Shown here one piece after another: positions 47,200-56,331 of a DNA stretch of 64,000 nt. The notes beneath the pieces are model-generated. The model did not search any database, was not told where the DNA came from, and was given only the letters and a program-made list of their open reading frames with translations. The position numbers were made by a program, and so were the translations under genes. The DNA is from an uncultured virus (IMG/VR IMGVR_UViG_3300046507_000599) (lineage: Duplodnaviria; Heunggongvirae; Uroviricota; Caudoviricetes): IMG/VR virus record IMGVR_UViG_3300046507_000599; one strand, written 5' to 3'. The stretch's first letter is position 1. Every line of letters begins with the position of its first letter.

Positions 47200-47514
47200 A
47201 TGGCCAAGACTGGACAAGAGCGATCTGCGAAGGCCGCACTGAAGCGGATCGAGTTCGACGAAAAGGAGCTGCGGCACAGGCTAAGGCTGGGCACCCGGCA
47301 GAAGCTTGAAGAGTTGATGGCTTGGAACGATATCGACGAGATCAGCGAAGCAATCCAGAACCTGATCCTGAACGCCCATGCCCTGGGCCCGACCCTCTCC
47401 TATCAGACAATCGAATGTCCGCGCCACAAAATCACAGTTAGCGAAAACGTGGCGCGGATAATTCAAGCTGCTGGCCAGCGCCAGGCCGCACGACTAGATG
47501 TCGAAGAAACTTAA
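47200..47514 (+). CDS. Hypothetical early protein
   Basis: GAGG RBS; MAKTGQERSAK. Confidence 0.75.
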   Translation: MAKTGQERSAKAALKRIEFDEKELRHRLRLGTRQKLEELMAWNDIDEISEAIQNLILNAHALGPTLSYQTIECPRHKITVSENVARIIQAAGQRQAARLDVEET

Positions 47515-47642
47515 TCATGCAGCGTGACACCTGACACGCCAGCTTTTTGCATCTCGCCAAGACTAGCGCATCGGTTCAAAGCGACAAGCATCGCGGAGTT
47601 GAAACGTAATCCCGGCGACGATTTAGAGGCCCCAACAGCTTT

Positions 47643-47921
47643 TTAAAGTTTCTCTTTTACGTAAGGAAGCATGAGATGCAGGGCGGTGTCTTTCAGCTCA
47701 CCGAACACCGCTTCGTCAACCTGGTCTAGTCGAAGATTGAACGAGGTTTCATGACCGCGAGCTCGGCCGTTTAAGTCCCAACTGATTTCAGGCTGCTCGC
47801 CTCCAACCAGAGGCACATATCCTACGAGCGTGTCAGTGCTTGCGGGATCAATACCATTGATTATCGCAGTGTGTCCGTTGCTGACTTTAATTTCGATCGG
47901 CTTGATCGGGATGATCGGCAT
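47643..47921 (-). CDS. Antisense moron, hypothetical
   Basis: GGAG RBS; 92 aa. Confidence 0.6.
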   Translation of the reverse strand: MPIIPIKPIEIKVSNGHTAIINGIDPASTDTLVGYVPLVGGEQPEISWDLNGRARGHETSFNLRLDQVDEAVFGELKDTALHLMLPYVKEKL

Positions 47922-48107
47922 TTCACAACTCCATCTGTCACCGGCCCCATCGCCGGTCACCCGTAATACCCCAAACCAAACCAAATTGCCACCACCGGTC
48001 ACGGAAGTGGGGGCGCCTGACTGGAGGTATCCACGAGTCACAAGCGCGCGATCGCCGAGGATTAAAACATGAGTCGAATTAGTAAAAATCAATTAAAAAT
48101 CTAAATT

Positions 48108-49010
48108 TCAATCACCCTTGTTAGCTTCAGACTTGTTAAAAAAAGCATTATCTCCAAACATTTCAAGATCATACCTAAAGGCCGCAATTGTTTCCGACGC
48201 CGCTGCTCGCTCGGGGTCATTGCGAAGTGACTTTTCTACTAGACTGTGTTGAGATGAGTTCATCTTGCCATACAGCTCAGATACTTCTCGTGCCTTACCG
48301 AACAGATACTGCGCAAATCCATCTGGCCAATAATAATTCGTAGGCGAAATCTTACCACCCTTAATAGAAACCCGACTTACTCGCATCTTATTTGCCTGAC
48401 TATGCTTGGCAAGTCCAAGCACTATGAATCTTGGTAATTTCGTGTACACCATAATCTCACCGTTCGTACTCACAAGTATATCCATATGCATATTTCTTAG
48501 CAGGTAACGATTTATGTTCACAGGCACGCTTGCGTTAGTGGATTCTATGGGCTCCAGCGGAAAAAGATGCTGCTCATAAATTCCTGGGGTATTTGTCTTT
48601 CCAAGCAGAAAATCAGCAAGCCCCCTCAAAATAGATACTTCTGTATCGTTCTGTTGATCGCAAACTCTGGGATTCTTCTCGCGCATATAGCTAAGAGTGC
48701 GCCAACTCAAAGATGCGCAAAACTTTAAAAGCCATCCCTCATAACTAGCAGTATCATTCTCATTCTTTACGAACGGATAAAATATCTTATTGGCAAACTC
48801 TCGCTCCCAGCCTGAGAAAAGCTGTTCGCAGCTTCCGCACAACCAATAGTCCTTAGCAATGTCTTGTGCCCGCCTATTAATATTTTCACTTAGACGAATG
48901 TATCCAGTTGCAGACGTTTCCTTAACCCATTTGCCCACAAACTTTGGAATAAAGTGACTTAGCTTAAGCTCACCAGACACTCCGCATAACTTGCATTCTC
49001 CTTGAGCCAT
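48108..49010 (-). CDS. Antisense moron, HNH-like zinc-finger protein
   Basis: CKLC...SHFIPK...LCGSCEQ; AT-rich. Confidence 0.7.
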   Translation of the reverse strand: MAQGECKLCGVSGELKLSHFIPKFVGKWVKETSATGYIRLSENINRRAQDIAKDYWLCGSCEQLFSGWEREFANKIFYPFVKNENDTASYEGWLLKFCASLSWRTLSYMREKNPRVCDQQNDTEVSILRGLADFLLGKTNTPGIYEQHLFPLEPIESTNASVPVNINRYLLRNMHMDILVSTNGEIMVYTKLPRFIVLGLAKHSQANKMRVSRVSIKGGKISPTNYYWPDGFAQYLFGKAREVSELYGKMNSSQHSLVEKSLRNDPERAAASETIAAFRYDLEMFGDNAFFNKSEANKGD

Positions 49011-49100
49011 GACTCACCCACTCTTTTATAGTCGAACTACTAATACCCCACTTCTACGAATCACGCCAGCCGGCGAGGCAATCGGCTGTCTGGAGCAATT

Positions 49101-49970
49101 ATGAATCCCTACCTGATCACCGGCCCGGCCCAGATCGGCATCAGTGGTGGTCGCACCAGCGGGCACATGGTCTACCAGATCCTCGAAGCGCACGGCGGTA
49201 CCATGCCGCCAGATGTACACCTGTTCTTTCAGAACACCGGCAAGGAGCGCGAGGAAACGCTGATCTTTATCGATCAGATCGCCAAGCGCTGGAAAGTGAA
49301 CATCGTATGGATGGAATGGTGCCGGGTTTATGGCCAGCCGGACGACGCGCCCTGGTACAAGCTGGTGGACTTCGAAACGGCCAGCCGCAACGGCGAACCA
49401 TTCACCATGATGCTCGAGTATTACGCCGGATACCGGAAGGCAGAGAAAAACCTGCCTCCGGTGCTGCCGAACTTCTCGAACAACATGTGCACCGCGTATT
49501 TGAAGGTGAAGATCGGCGAGAAACACATGCGCGCTTTGGGCTACACCGAGTGGGATTGCGTCGTCGGCATCCGGTACGACGAACCGAAGCGCTACCACCG
49601 CATGATGGCGGCCAACGATCGAGGCGGCACCCGATGGGACAACGTCTGCCCCTCCTACACCGCCGGCATCACCAAGGAGGATGTCGGTTCGTTCTGGTCG
49701 AACCAGCCCTTCGATCTGGGACTGGATTCCGACTTCGGCAACTGCGATCTGTGCTGGAAGAAAAACGAAGGCAAGTTGATCAAGACCATCATGGATGATC
49801 CGTCGCGGGTAATCTGGTGGTCAGGAACAGAGGAACGATTCGGCCAGGTGTTCCGGCAGGACCGTGCAGATTACAAAACCATGGGCTGGTCTGCCGAGCA
49901 ACGCTCCCGGCAGACCGATTTTGATTTCGAATACCTAGCCGAAGATATCGACTGCTTCTGTGGCGACTAG
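49101..49970 (+). CDS. NinC-like / PAPS reductase family adenine nucleotide alpha-hydrolase
   Basis: ISGGRTS PP-loop, NTGKE, CT..LK, GIRYDE, GNCDLC, terminal CFC. Confidence 0.85.
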   Translation: MNPYLITGPAQIGISGGRTSGHMVYQILEAHGGTMPPDVHLFFQNTGKEREETLIFIDQIAKRWKVNIVWMEWCRVYGQPDDAPWYKLVDFETASRNGEPFTMMLEYYAGYRKAEKNLPPVLPNFSNNMCTAYLKVKIGEKHMRALGYTEWDCVVGIRYDEPKRYHRMMAANDRGGTRWDNVCPSYTAGITKEDVGSFWSNQPFDLGLDSDFGNCDLCWKKNEGKLIKTIMDDPSRVIWWSGTEERFGQVFRQDRADYKTMGWSAEQRSRQTDFDFEYLAEDIDCFCGD

Positions 49971-50392
49971 CCCTTCCAGGCAGAAACAAGACCAGTCAAG
50001 GCACCGATGATGCCCACGGTTATGCCAAACCAGTAGGTCACTTTTTCCCTAGCTTGCTTGTTGGCTTCCCACAGATGAGCCTTCACATGCTTTATGCCGT
50101 TCTCGGACAGGTAAAGGATGGGCTCGAGCGGAATTGGATAATCCCATTCGATTCGATCATACATTGAAGGATCGGACTTACTTGGAAGCGGAACGGCTGC
50201 CATCTTCGCTTTGTGTTCGTAATACTTCGAGTGGATCTGATCTAAGCGGCGCCAAGCATGATCGAGATCAGTGTAATAGGAACTAGTGAAGCCGCCCTCT
50301 GGGTCGGGATCGGGATTCGGGTCGTACTCCTCCATCTTTGCGATCACGTGCTCTTGGCGCCATAACGCAAGTCGGTACTCAAAAAAATTCAA
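49967..50392 (-). CDS. Antisense moron with C-terminal TM
   Basis: 141 aa; WFGITVGIIGALTGLVS. Confidence 0.65.
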   Translation of the reverse strand: MNFFEYRLALWRQEHVIAKMEEYDPNPDPDPEGGFTSSYYTDLDHAWRRLDQIHSKYYEHKAKMAAVPLPSKSDPSMYDRIEWDYPIPLEPILYLSENGIKHVKAHLWEANKQAREKVTYWFGITVGIIGALTGLVSAWKG

Positions 50393-50443
50393 CTCTATAA
50401 GCCTCCGAAAATTTCGGCAGAACTATACGTCTGGGAACCCCCT

Positions 50444-51367
50444 ATGCCTACAGCAATCGATTTGTTCGCCGGACTCGGCGGATGGTCCACCGGTGCCCGC
50501 AACGCTGGCGTCGAAGTTATTTGGGCAGCCAACCACTGGCCGGTCGCGGTCGAATGGCACAGCGCCAACCACCCGGAAGCCATTCACATCTGCCAAGATC
50601 TGCATCAAGCGGACTGGTCGAAGGTGCCCGCTCACGACATCATGCTCGCGTCACCCTGCTGTCAGGGCCATTCGAAAGCTCGGGGCAAGAAGTCAGGCAA
50701 TGCGCAGCATGACGCATCCCGCTCGACAGCATGGGCAGTTGTGTCCGCCGCCGAGTTCCACAAGCCCGAAGTAGTGCTGGTCGAGAATGTCGAAGAGTTC
50801 ACGGACTGGGCGTTGTATCCAGCCTGGTCACAGGCCATGGCAGCGCTGGGCTACATGATTGCGCCGCACGTAGTCGACTGCGCCGACCTCGGCGTGCCAC
50901 AGCACCGAGTTCGCCTATTTCTGGTCTGCACCCGCAGCAAATCGCCGCTGATGCTCGAACTGCACCGGCGCCAGCACGTTCCCGCCGCCAGTTTCCTGGA
51001 GTTCAACGATGGGCGCTGGTCACCAATCGAGAAACCGGGACGTGCACAGGCCACCCTCGACCGGGTTCGCAATGGTAGAGAGCGATTCGGCGATCAGTTC
51101 ATCATGCCCTACTACGGCAAGGGCTCAGGGCTAACCGGTCGCGATATCAACCGTCCGATCGGCACCATCACAACGCTGGATCGCTGGGCGCTGGTTCGCG
51201 GCGATGAAATGCGGATGTTGTCGGCAAACGAGGCGCTCGCAGCAATGTCGTTTCCCAAAGAGACCCTTCGTCCCGACAACCACCGACTGACCATGCACAT
51301 GGCCGGCAACGCTGTGCCGCCGCTCGCTGGGCAGCGGATAATCGAAGCTCTATTCGAAGCGGCATGA
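50444..51367 (+). CDS. C5 cytosine DNA methyltransferase
   Basis: DLFAGLGG, SPCCQ, ENV, Q.R.R, GNAV. Confidence 0.93.
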   Translation: MPTAIDLFAGLGGWSTGARNAGVEVIWAANHWPVAVEWHSANHPEAIHICQDLHQADWSKVPAHDIMLASPCCQGHSKARGKKSGNAQHDASRSTAWAVVSAAEFHKPEVVLVENVEEFTDWALYPAWSQAMAALGYMIAPHVVDCADLGVPQHRVRLFLVCTRSKSPLMLELHRRQHVPAASFLEFNDGRWSPIEKPGRAQATLDRVRNGRERFGDQFIMPYYGKGSGLTGRDINRPIGTITTLDRWALVRGDEMRMLSANEALAAMSFPKETLRPDNHRLTMHMAGNAVPPLAGQRIIEALFEAA

Positions 51368-51376
51368 CGCAATAAA

Positions 51377-51625
51377 TTATCGCGTAGATATCAGTTGGTT
51401 CCGATTTGCATCAAACGTCGACAAGAGCGGTGCAGGATCGGAAATCCTGTTTATAGCTACCCAGGCTCGAGTGCGCTCCACATCGAACGACTGCTTTAGC
51501 CCGGACATAGAATCGACCAGTGTTCTTGAAATCCGATATCGGCCGCAGTCCACACAATTGCGCTCATGCCAATCGCCACCAGACTCGTAGGTTACCGCGG
51601 GCTCTTTGCAAATTAGGCAAGCCAT
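51377..51625 (-). CDS. Antisense moron, small zinc-ribbon protein
   Basis: CLIC...CVDCGRY; near-identical copy at 61989. Confidence 0.7.
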   Translation of the reverse strand: MACLICKEPAVTYESGGDWHERNCVDCGRYRISRTLVDSMSGLKQSFDVERTRAWVAINRISDPAPLLSTFDANRNQLISTR

Positions 51626-51715
51626 CTATACCACTCCTTGTAAATGACACTTCAACTGTAGCTGACCCCTCAACAACCTCCACCGCCCGGGCATGCCCCG
51701 GCATAGGTATCCGTC

Positions 51716-52372
51716 ATGCCCACAGAAAACCGTATCGACTGTCCAGCACTGCACAAGCGCAGCAAAAGCTACCCGTTCGGCGACCGCGTGCCGCGCACGG
51801 TGAAGATGTTCACGACCGTCGTGGCTGATCCGATGCCGGGAATTACATCCGCTCTCTTGCAGGGTGATGGCCCGATCTGCCCTGAAGGCCAAATCTTTCC
51901 CGTATGGACCAACAGCCACGGCGCGGTAGCGGCTGTGCTGCCAGATGGCAAGCATCTTGGTCTGCGCCCTGCTGAGTTCGAGGTCGAGACCTGGCATGAT
52001 CTTGCGCCGGCGCCAGCGTCAGGCGTCACGCTTCAGGCCGACCGGGAAAACCGTATCTACTTGGCTGGACCGATGACGGGAATCAAGGACTTCAATTTCC
52101 CAGCCTTCAATACGATGGCAGCCAAGCTCCGCGCCCGAGGCTACACCGTCGCAAACCCGACTGAGCATGGTGTCGTTGAAGGCGCCAAATGGGGCGACTA
52201 CATGGCTTACGACCTGACGCGTCTGGGCTTGTGCGGAATGGTCGCCCTTCTGCCGAACTGGGAAGAATCAAAGTGCGCTCGCCTCGAAGTGCATATAGCC
52301 GAGCAGCTCGGTATGGCCATCGTGGATGCCCATGATCTGGTATCGATGCCGGAATTACGCCGCGATGCCTGA
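51716..52372 (+). CDS. Fusion protein with C-terminal DUF4406-like domain
   Basis: IYLAGPMTG..DFNFPAF...NP...LE. Confidence 0.8.
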   Translation: MPTENRIDCPALHKRSKSYPFGDRVPRTVKMFTTVVADPMPGITSALLQGDGPICPEGQIFPVWTNSHGAVAAVLPDGKHLGLRPAEFEVETWHDLAPAPASGVTLQADRENRIYLAGPMTGIKDFNFPAFNTMAAKLRARGYTVANPTEHGVVEGAKWGDYMAYDLTRLGLCGMVALLPNWEESKCARLEVHIAEQLGMAIVDAHDLVSMPELRRDA

Positions 52373-52398
52373 AGCAGCCGCTCTGTACCGTAATACAG

Positions 52399-53052
52399 CT
52401 ATTTGACCAATCGGAGGTAAGGCCGCTCTTTCGGCCCTAAGAGAAATTCTTCCTTGGTCGCAGCAAGAAGTTTCGATAATTTTTGAAGGTAGATGGAGCA
52501 AAGCTCATCCGTACTCAGATCCCTGAGTTCCTGCGGAATATTCTCTGGCAAGCTATGGAAAACTTGGCGGACCTCTCCAATAGATTTGGGGATACTGACG
52601 TAGTACTTAATCGATTCACCACCACCCAAGTCCATCTCCCATCCAGATCCACCGTTCTGATCACCCATGAAAAATGATGTGGATTCGAACGGCGGCTTTT
52701 CTAACTTTGCTAAGTCATTGCCGTTGAGACTGTGGATCGTTGCTGATACAGAAACATCTAAGCGCCCCTGCTTTTCCAGATTGTTTCTGGCCTCGACGAA
52801 ATAACGCATAAGAGGATCGGCACGCATTTGATCTTGAAATGGTGCGTACCAGCTATTGAATCTGGACTCACCAACAATGGATCGCAGATTTTGTATAACA
52901 AATGTCACGGATCTTCCGAAGACCAAGACGTTCCTCAAGCCCGCTGATCGCGCTGAGGGATCGCCACTTTTGAGAACATTAAGTCCAAAATAGGCGGTAT
53001 CGAGCACTTGCTCGGCACGCTTGATCGCGAGATGTGTCAACTCTGCATCCAT
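52399..53052 (-). CDS. Antisense moron, possibly HEPN-like
   Basis: GRSVTFVIQ...WY...YFVEARNNLEK. Confidence 0.65.
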   Translation of the reverse strand: MDAELTHLAIKRAEQVLDTAYFGLNVLKSGDPSARSAGLRNVLVFGRSVTFVIQNLRSIVGESRFNSWYAPFQDQMRADPLMRYFVEARNNLEKQGRLDVSVSATIHSLNGNDLAKLEKPPFESTSFFMGDQNGGSGWEMDLGGGESIKYYVSIPKSIGEVRQVFHSLPENIPQELRDLSTDELCSIYLQKLSKLLAATKEEFLLGPKERPYLRLVK

Positions 53053-53166
53053 TTTTTTGGCCAGCCTTTTCCTAGGATTTACGAATGTAACCCCGGAATT
53101 GAAAGGCTAAAAGAAAAAACCTCCCCTCCCCCTTCAAAGTCAGCCGCTATAGCGGCAGGAACCCCT

Positions 53167-53661
53167 ATGGTCGATGCAAACATTCACAACTCGTTGAACA
53201 CGCTCACGGCAAGCCAGATGGCCAAGCTGCTGGTGATGCATTACGGAATCGATAAGTTCGACTACAAGTACGACAGCCTAGGCGATGCACCAAATGGCCT
53301 CGTTACGCTTGAAGATTTGGCGTCCATGTCCGGCGAGGATCTGGATCAGCTTTACGAGGAGAGTTCGCACGATGATGCGGTGAACGAGGTGCGTTACAGC
53401 GCAGTAAACTCCCCCGGAATCCCGAGTTGGTGCCACTACAGTTGGGAGCGCAACTACGAGGTCGAGGTGAAGGCCTTCATCCTGCCCGATGGCCGTGCTC
53501 TTGCTTTTTGTGAGATGAGCGGCGGCGGCAAGCATGCCGAGCCAGACGCCTACCCTTGGGTTGAAGAGGCCAAATTCATCAAGTTCTCTTGCGTCGAAGA
53601 GCGCGTCATCAAGACTTACAAATTTGAGGATATTCCAGAAGCCTCAGAGGTGACGCCATGA
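53167..53661 (+). CDS. Hypothetical early protein
   Basis: AGGA RBS; GGGKH motif. Confidence 0.75.
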   Translation: MVDANIHNSLNTLTASQMAKLLVMHYGIDKFDYKYDSLGDAPNGLVTLEDLASMSGEDLDQLYEESSHDDAVNEVRYSAVNSPGIPSWCHYSWERNYEVEVKAFILPDGRALAFCEMSGGGKHAEPDAYPWVEEAKFIKFSCVEERVIKTYKFEDIPEASEVTP

Positions 53662-53710
53662 TCTTCGCCCCGCTCTACATGGCCTACCTCATCTACAAGG
53701 GGCCGTGGCG

Positions 53711-54217
53711 ATGACCGGAATGATCGGCGCCCGCGCGGTGCCGCCGAAGCACAAGAGCGTCGAGTGGTATACGCCGGCCTGGATCTTCGACCGGCTGGGA
53801 TTGCAGTTTGACCTCGACCCATCCAGCCCGCACGACTACGTAACGGCGGTACCAGCGAAGACGAAGTACACGATCTTCGATGACGGCCTGTCGAAGGAAT
53901 GGTCGGGCCGGGTGTGGATGAACCCACCATACGGCCCCGACACAGGGTTCTGGATGCGCCGCCTGATTGCTCATGGCAACGGCATTGCGCTGGTGTTCAG
54001 CCGCACGGATGCCGAGTGGTTTCAGGAAGCAATGGCCAGTGCATCGTCGACCCTGTTGATCAGGGGTCGGATTGCCTTTGTGCCCGGCCACGAAAACAGC
54101 CACAAGAAAGGCCGATCAGGTGCTGGCAGCGCGATGTTTGCCTTCGGCGATGAATGCGCGATCGCGCTACAGAGCCTGGCGGATCTCGGAGTTCTGGTTC
54201 CCCGAATCGCCGACTGA
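53711..54217 (+). CDS. Phage N6-adenine DNA methyltransferase (Dam-like)
   Basis: EWYTP, FDLDP, DGL..W, WMNPPY, RTD..WF, GRI.F. Confidence 0.9.
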   Translation: MTGMIGARAVPPKHKSVEWYTPAWIFDRLGLQFDLDPSSPHDYVTAVPAKTKYTIFDDGLSKEWSGRVWMNPPYGPDTGFWMRRLIAHGNGIALVFSRTDAEWFQEAMASASSTLLIRGRIAFVPGHENSHKKGRSGAGSAMFAFGDECAIALQSLADLGVLVPRIAD

Positions 54218-54284
54218 CCTGTCTTCGATGTAACCCCTCCCCCAACTCAACAGCCTGCCGGTGTGCGGCGGGCGAGGATTCGTT

Positions 54285-54644
54285 ATGTCCGATTTTCAAA
54301 CCGAAACCACGCCCACCGCGCGCAAGCAGCACAAGTGCGGCGAGTGCTACGGCCTGATTGAGCCGGGCCAGAAATACCAGCTTGTGTCTGGCTGCTGGGA
54401 TGGACGCATGGATTCCTGCAAAACCTGCATGCCCTGCCTCGAAGCGCGCGTCTGGGCGATCGCTCAGCCCGAGTGGATGGGTGATGGCGAGCACCTCTAC
54501 TACTTCGGCCGGCTCGACGAGGACTTGGCCGACTTGGCTCAAGAAATCAGGTCGCAAGATGGCCGGCGGTTCCGGACTTATCGATTACAACTGCTCATGG
54601 CTCGACGCAGAAACGCAGCTCAGGCACGTCGCCAAGCTGCATAA
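54285..54644 (+). CDS. Hypothetical zinc-binding phage protein
   Basis: ARK.HKCGEC...CMPC. Confidence 0.75.
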   Translation: MSDFQTETTPTARKQHKCGECYGLIEPGQKYQLVSGCWDGRMDSCKTCMPCLEARVWAIAQPEWMGDGEHLYYFGRLDEDLADLAQEIRSQDGRRFRTYRLQLLMARRRNAAQARRQAA

Positions 54645-54689
54645 CCCATCCCACCTTCTGCCGCCACGCGCGGCATGGAGCAATACCTC

Positions 54690-54932
54690 ATGGAAACCGA
54701 AATCCTCTCTGACGAGGAGCTGGCCGAACTCACCGGCTACAAGGCCAGGGCCTACCAACGCCGCTGGCTAATTGATCGCCAGTGGGTGTTCGTCGAAAGC
54801 CGCGGCAAACGTCCACTGGTGGGTCGGATGTATGCCCGCATGAAGCTGGGCATGATCAGCCCGACCATTGCCGATCCAAACCCGCCGCCGGCCGCGCCGG
54901 CATGGACGCCAGACTATTCGCGAGTGAACTGA
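54690..54932 (+). CDS. xis: Excisionase (DUF4224-type)
   Basis: LSDEELAELTGY....Q..WL...G.P; directly before int. Confidence 0.85.
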   Translation: METEILSDEELAELTGYKARAYQRRWLIDRQWVFVESRGKRPLVGRMYARMKLGMISPTIADPNPPPAAPAWTPDYSRVN

Positions 54933-54933
54933 T

Positions 54934-55983
54934 ATGCGCCCCCGCAAGACCGAGCACCAGCACCTTCCCCCTCGGATGTACAAGCGCTCACGGAAGCGCA
55001 AAAACGGTAGTACATGGACCGCGTATTACTACCGCGACCTGCTCGGCAACGACATCCCTCTGGGCAAGGATCTTGACAAGGCCAGGCTGAAGTGGGCCGA
55101 GCTCGAAGCCAAGGAAAAGCCCCTCGACCTGCGCACCATGAAGGGAATCTTCGACCGGTACATTCGTGATGTGGTGCCAAAGAAAGCACCGCGCACGCAG
55201 AAGGACAACTTGGCGGAAATCAAGCAGCTTCGGCCGATGTTCGATAGCGCGCCGATCGACTCGATCACGCCAGCAACGATTGCTGGCTACCGAGACGCAA
55301 GATCGGCGAAGGTCCGGGCGAACCGTGAGATCGCTACCCTCTCCCACATTTTCAACATTGCCCGGGAGTGGGGGCTAACGACGAAGGAAAACCCCTGCCA
55401 AGGTGTGCGCAAGAACAAGGAGACGCCGAGGGACTATTACGCGAATGATGTGGTTTGGGAGGCGGTTTACAAGAAGGCAGCTCAGGAGCTGAAGGAAGCG
55501 ATGGACCTAGCCTATCTGACCGGGCAAAGGCCGGCAGATGTGCTGGTTATGCGGAAGGATGATGTTGAAGGCGGATATCTGACTGTTCAGCAGAACAAGA
55601 CGCACAAGAAGCTGCGCATTCAGATGACGACCGCCGGAGAGGCGAACAGCCTGGGAGTTTTGATCGCGGCGATCACAGAACGAAACGCCGCGCACGTTTC
55701 GTGTTACCTGATCATCAACCGGAGCGGTAAACGGATGACTGCGACGATGCTGAGGAAGCGATGGGACGCGGCGCGAGAGAAGGCGAAACTGGAAGCTCTT
55801 GAGCAGGGAGACGAGCTGCTGGCTAAGCGGATCGGTGAATTCCAGTTCCGGGATATTCGGCCGAAAGCGGCGTCGGAAATCAGCGATGTTGGTGACGCTA
55901 GCCTGTTGCTCGGGCACACAAAAGGCGACATTACTGAGCGGGTTTATCGCCGTGTCGGCGCGATCGCCAAACCCTCAAAATAG
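54934..55983 (+). CDS. int: Tyrosine integrase
   Basis: TGQR..D, FRDIR, LLGH, VY catalytic residues; adjacent to attR. Confidence 0.95.
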   Translation: MRPRKTEHQHLPPRMYKRSRKRKNGSTWTAYYYRDLLGNDIPLGKDLDKARLKWAELEAKEKPLDLRTMKGIFDRYIRDVVPKKAPRTQKDNLAEIKQLRPMFDSAPIDSITPATIAGYRDARSAKVRANREIATLSHIFNIAREWGLTTKENPCQGVRKNKETPRDYYANDVVWEAVYKKAAQELKEAMDLAYLTGQRPADVLVMRKDDVEGGYLTVQQNKTHKKLRIQMTTAGEANSLGVLIAAITERNAAHVSCYLIINRSGKRMTATMLRKRWDAAREKAKLEALEQGDELLAKRIGEFQFRDIRPKAASEISDVGDASLLLGHTKGDITERVYRRVGAIAKPSK

Positions 55984-56108
55984 ACAAAAAAATGCGTTCC
56001 ATAACTCGAAACACGCCCCTTGTAGAATGCGGTCTGTAGAGGTGCTGCTAAACAAAAGTATTGGAACGAAAAAACGTCTGACGCCGCGTATTCGGCGGCT
56101 TTCCATAG

Positions 56109-56169
56109 CGGTCTTGAAAACCGTCGACTGTAACAGGTCCATGAGTTCGAATCCCATCGCCTCCGCCAT
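56109..56169 (+). repeat. attR core (3' part of tRNA-Ser)
   Basis: Identical to 18-78; lacks D arm and 5' acceptor strand. Confidence 0.95.
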
Positions 56170-56331
56170 ATTTGGTACCGACAAAGCCCTGATTATTCAG
56201 GGCTTTGTCGTTTCTGGGGTTTGAGGTTTCCACCGCGCTGGTTTAGGCGTTACAAAATTTTCTGCTTTTTCTCCTTTCTCCGGCGTCCTGCCAAACGCAA
56301 AAAATTCTTCACGTAACACGGTGCTACGCTG

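Larger units (their letters stand above)
18..56169. mobile_element. Lambdoid siphovirus-type prophage, apparently complete
   Basis: att repeats, integrase next to attR, full head/tail/lysis/immunity/replication modules. Confidence 0.95.

Noticed and set aside
50444..51367. Type II restriction-modification system
   Set aside because: No adjacent recognisable restriction endonuclease; orphan phage MTase in the early operon
56109..56168. Second tRNA-Ser gene
   Set aside because: Lacks the D arm and 5' acceptor strand; it is the att duplication
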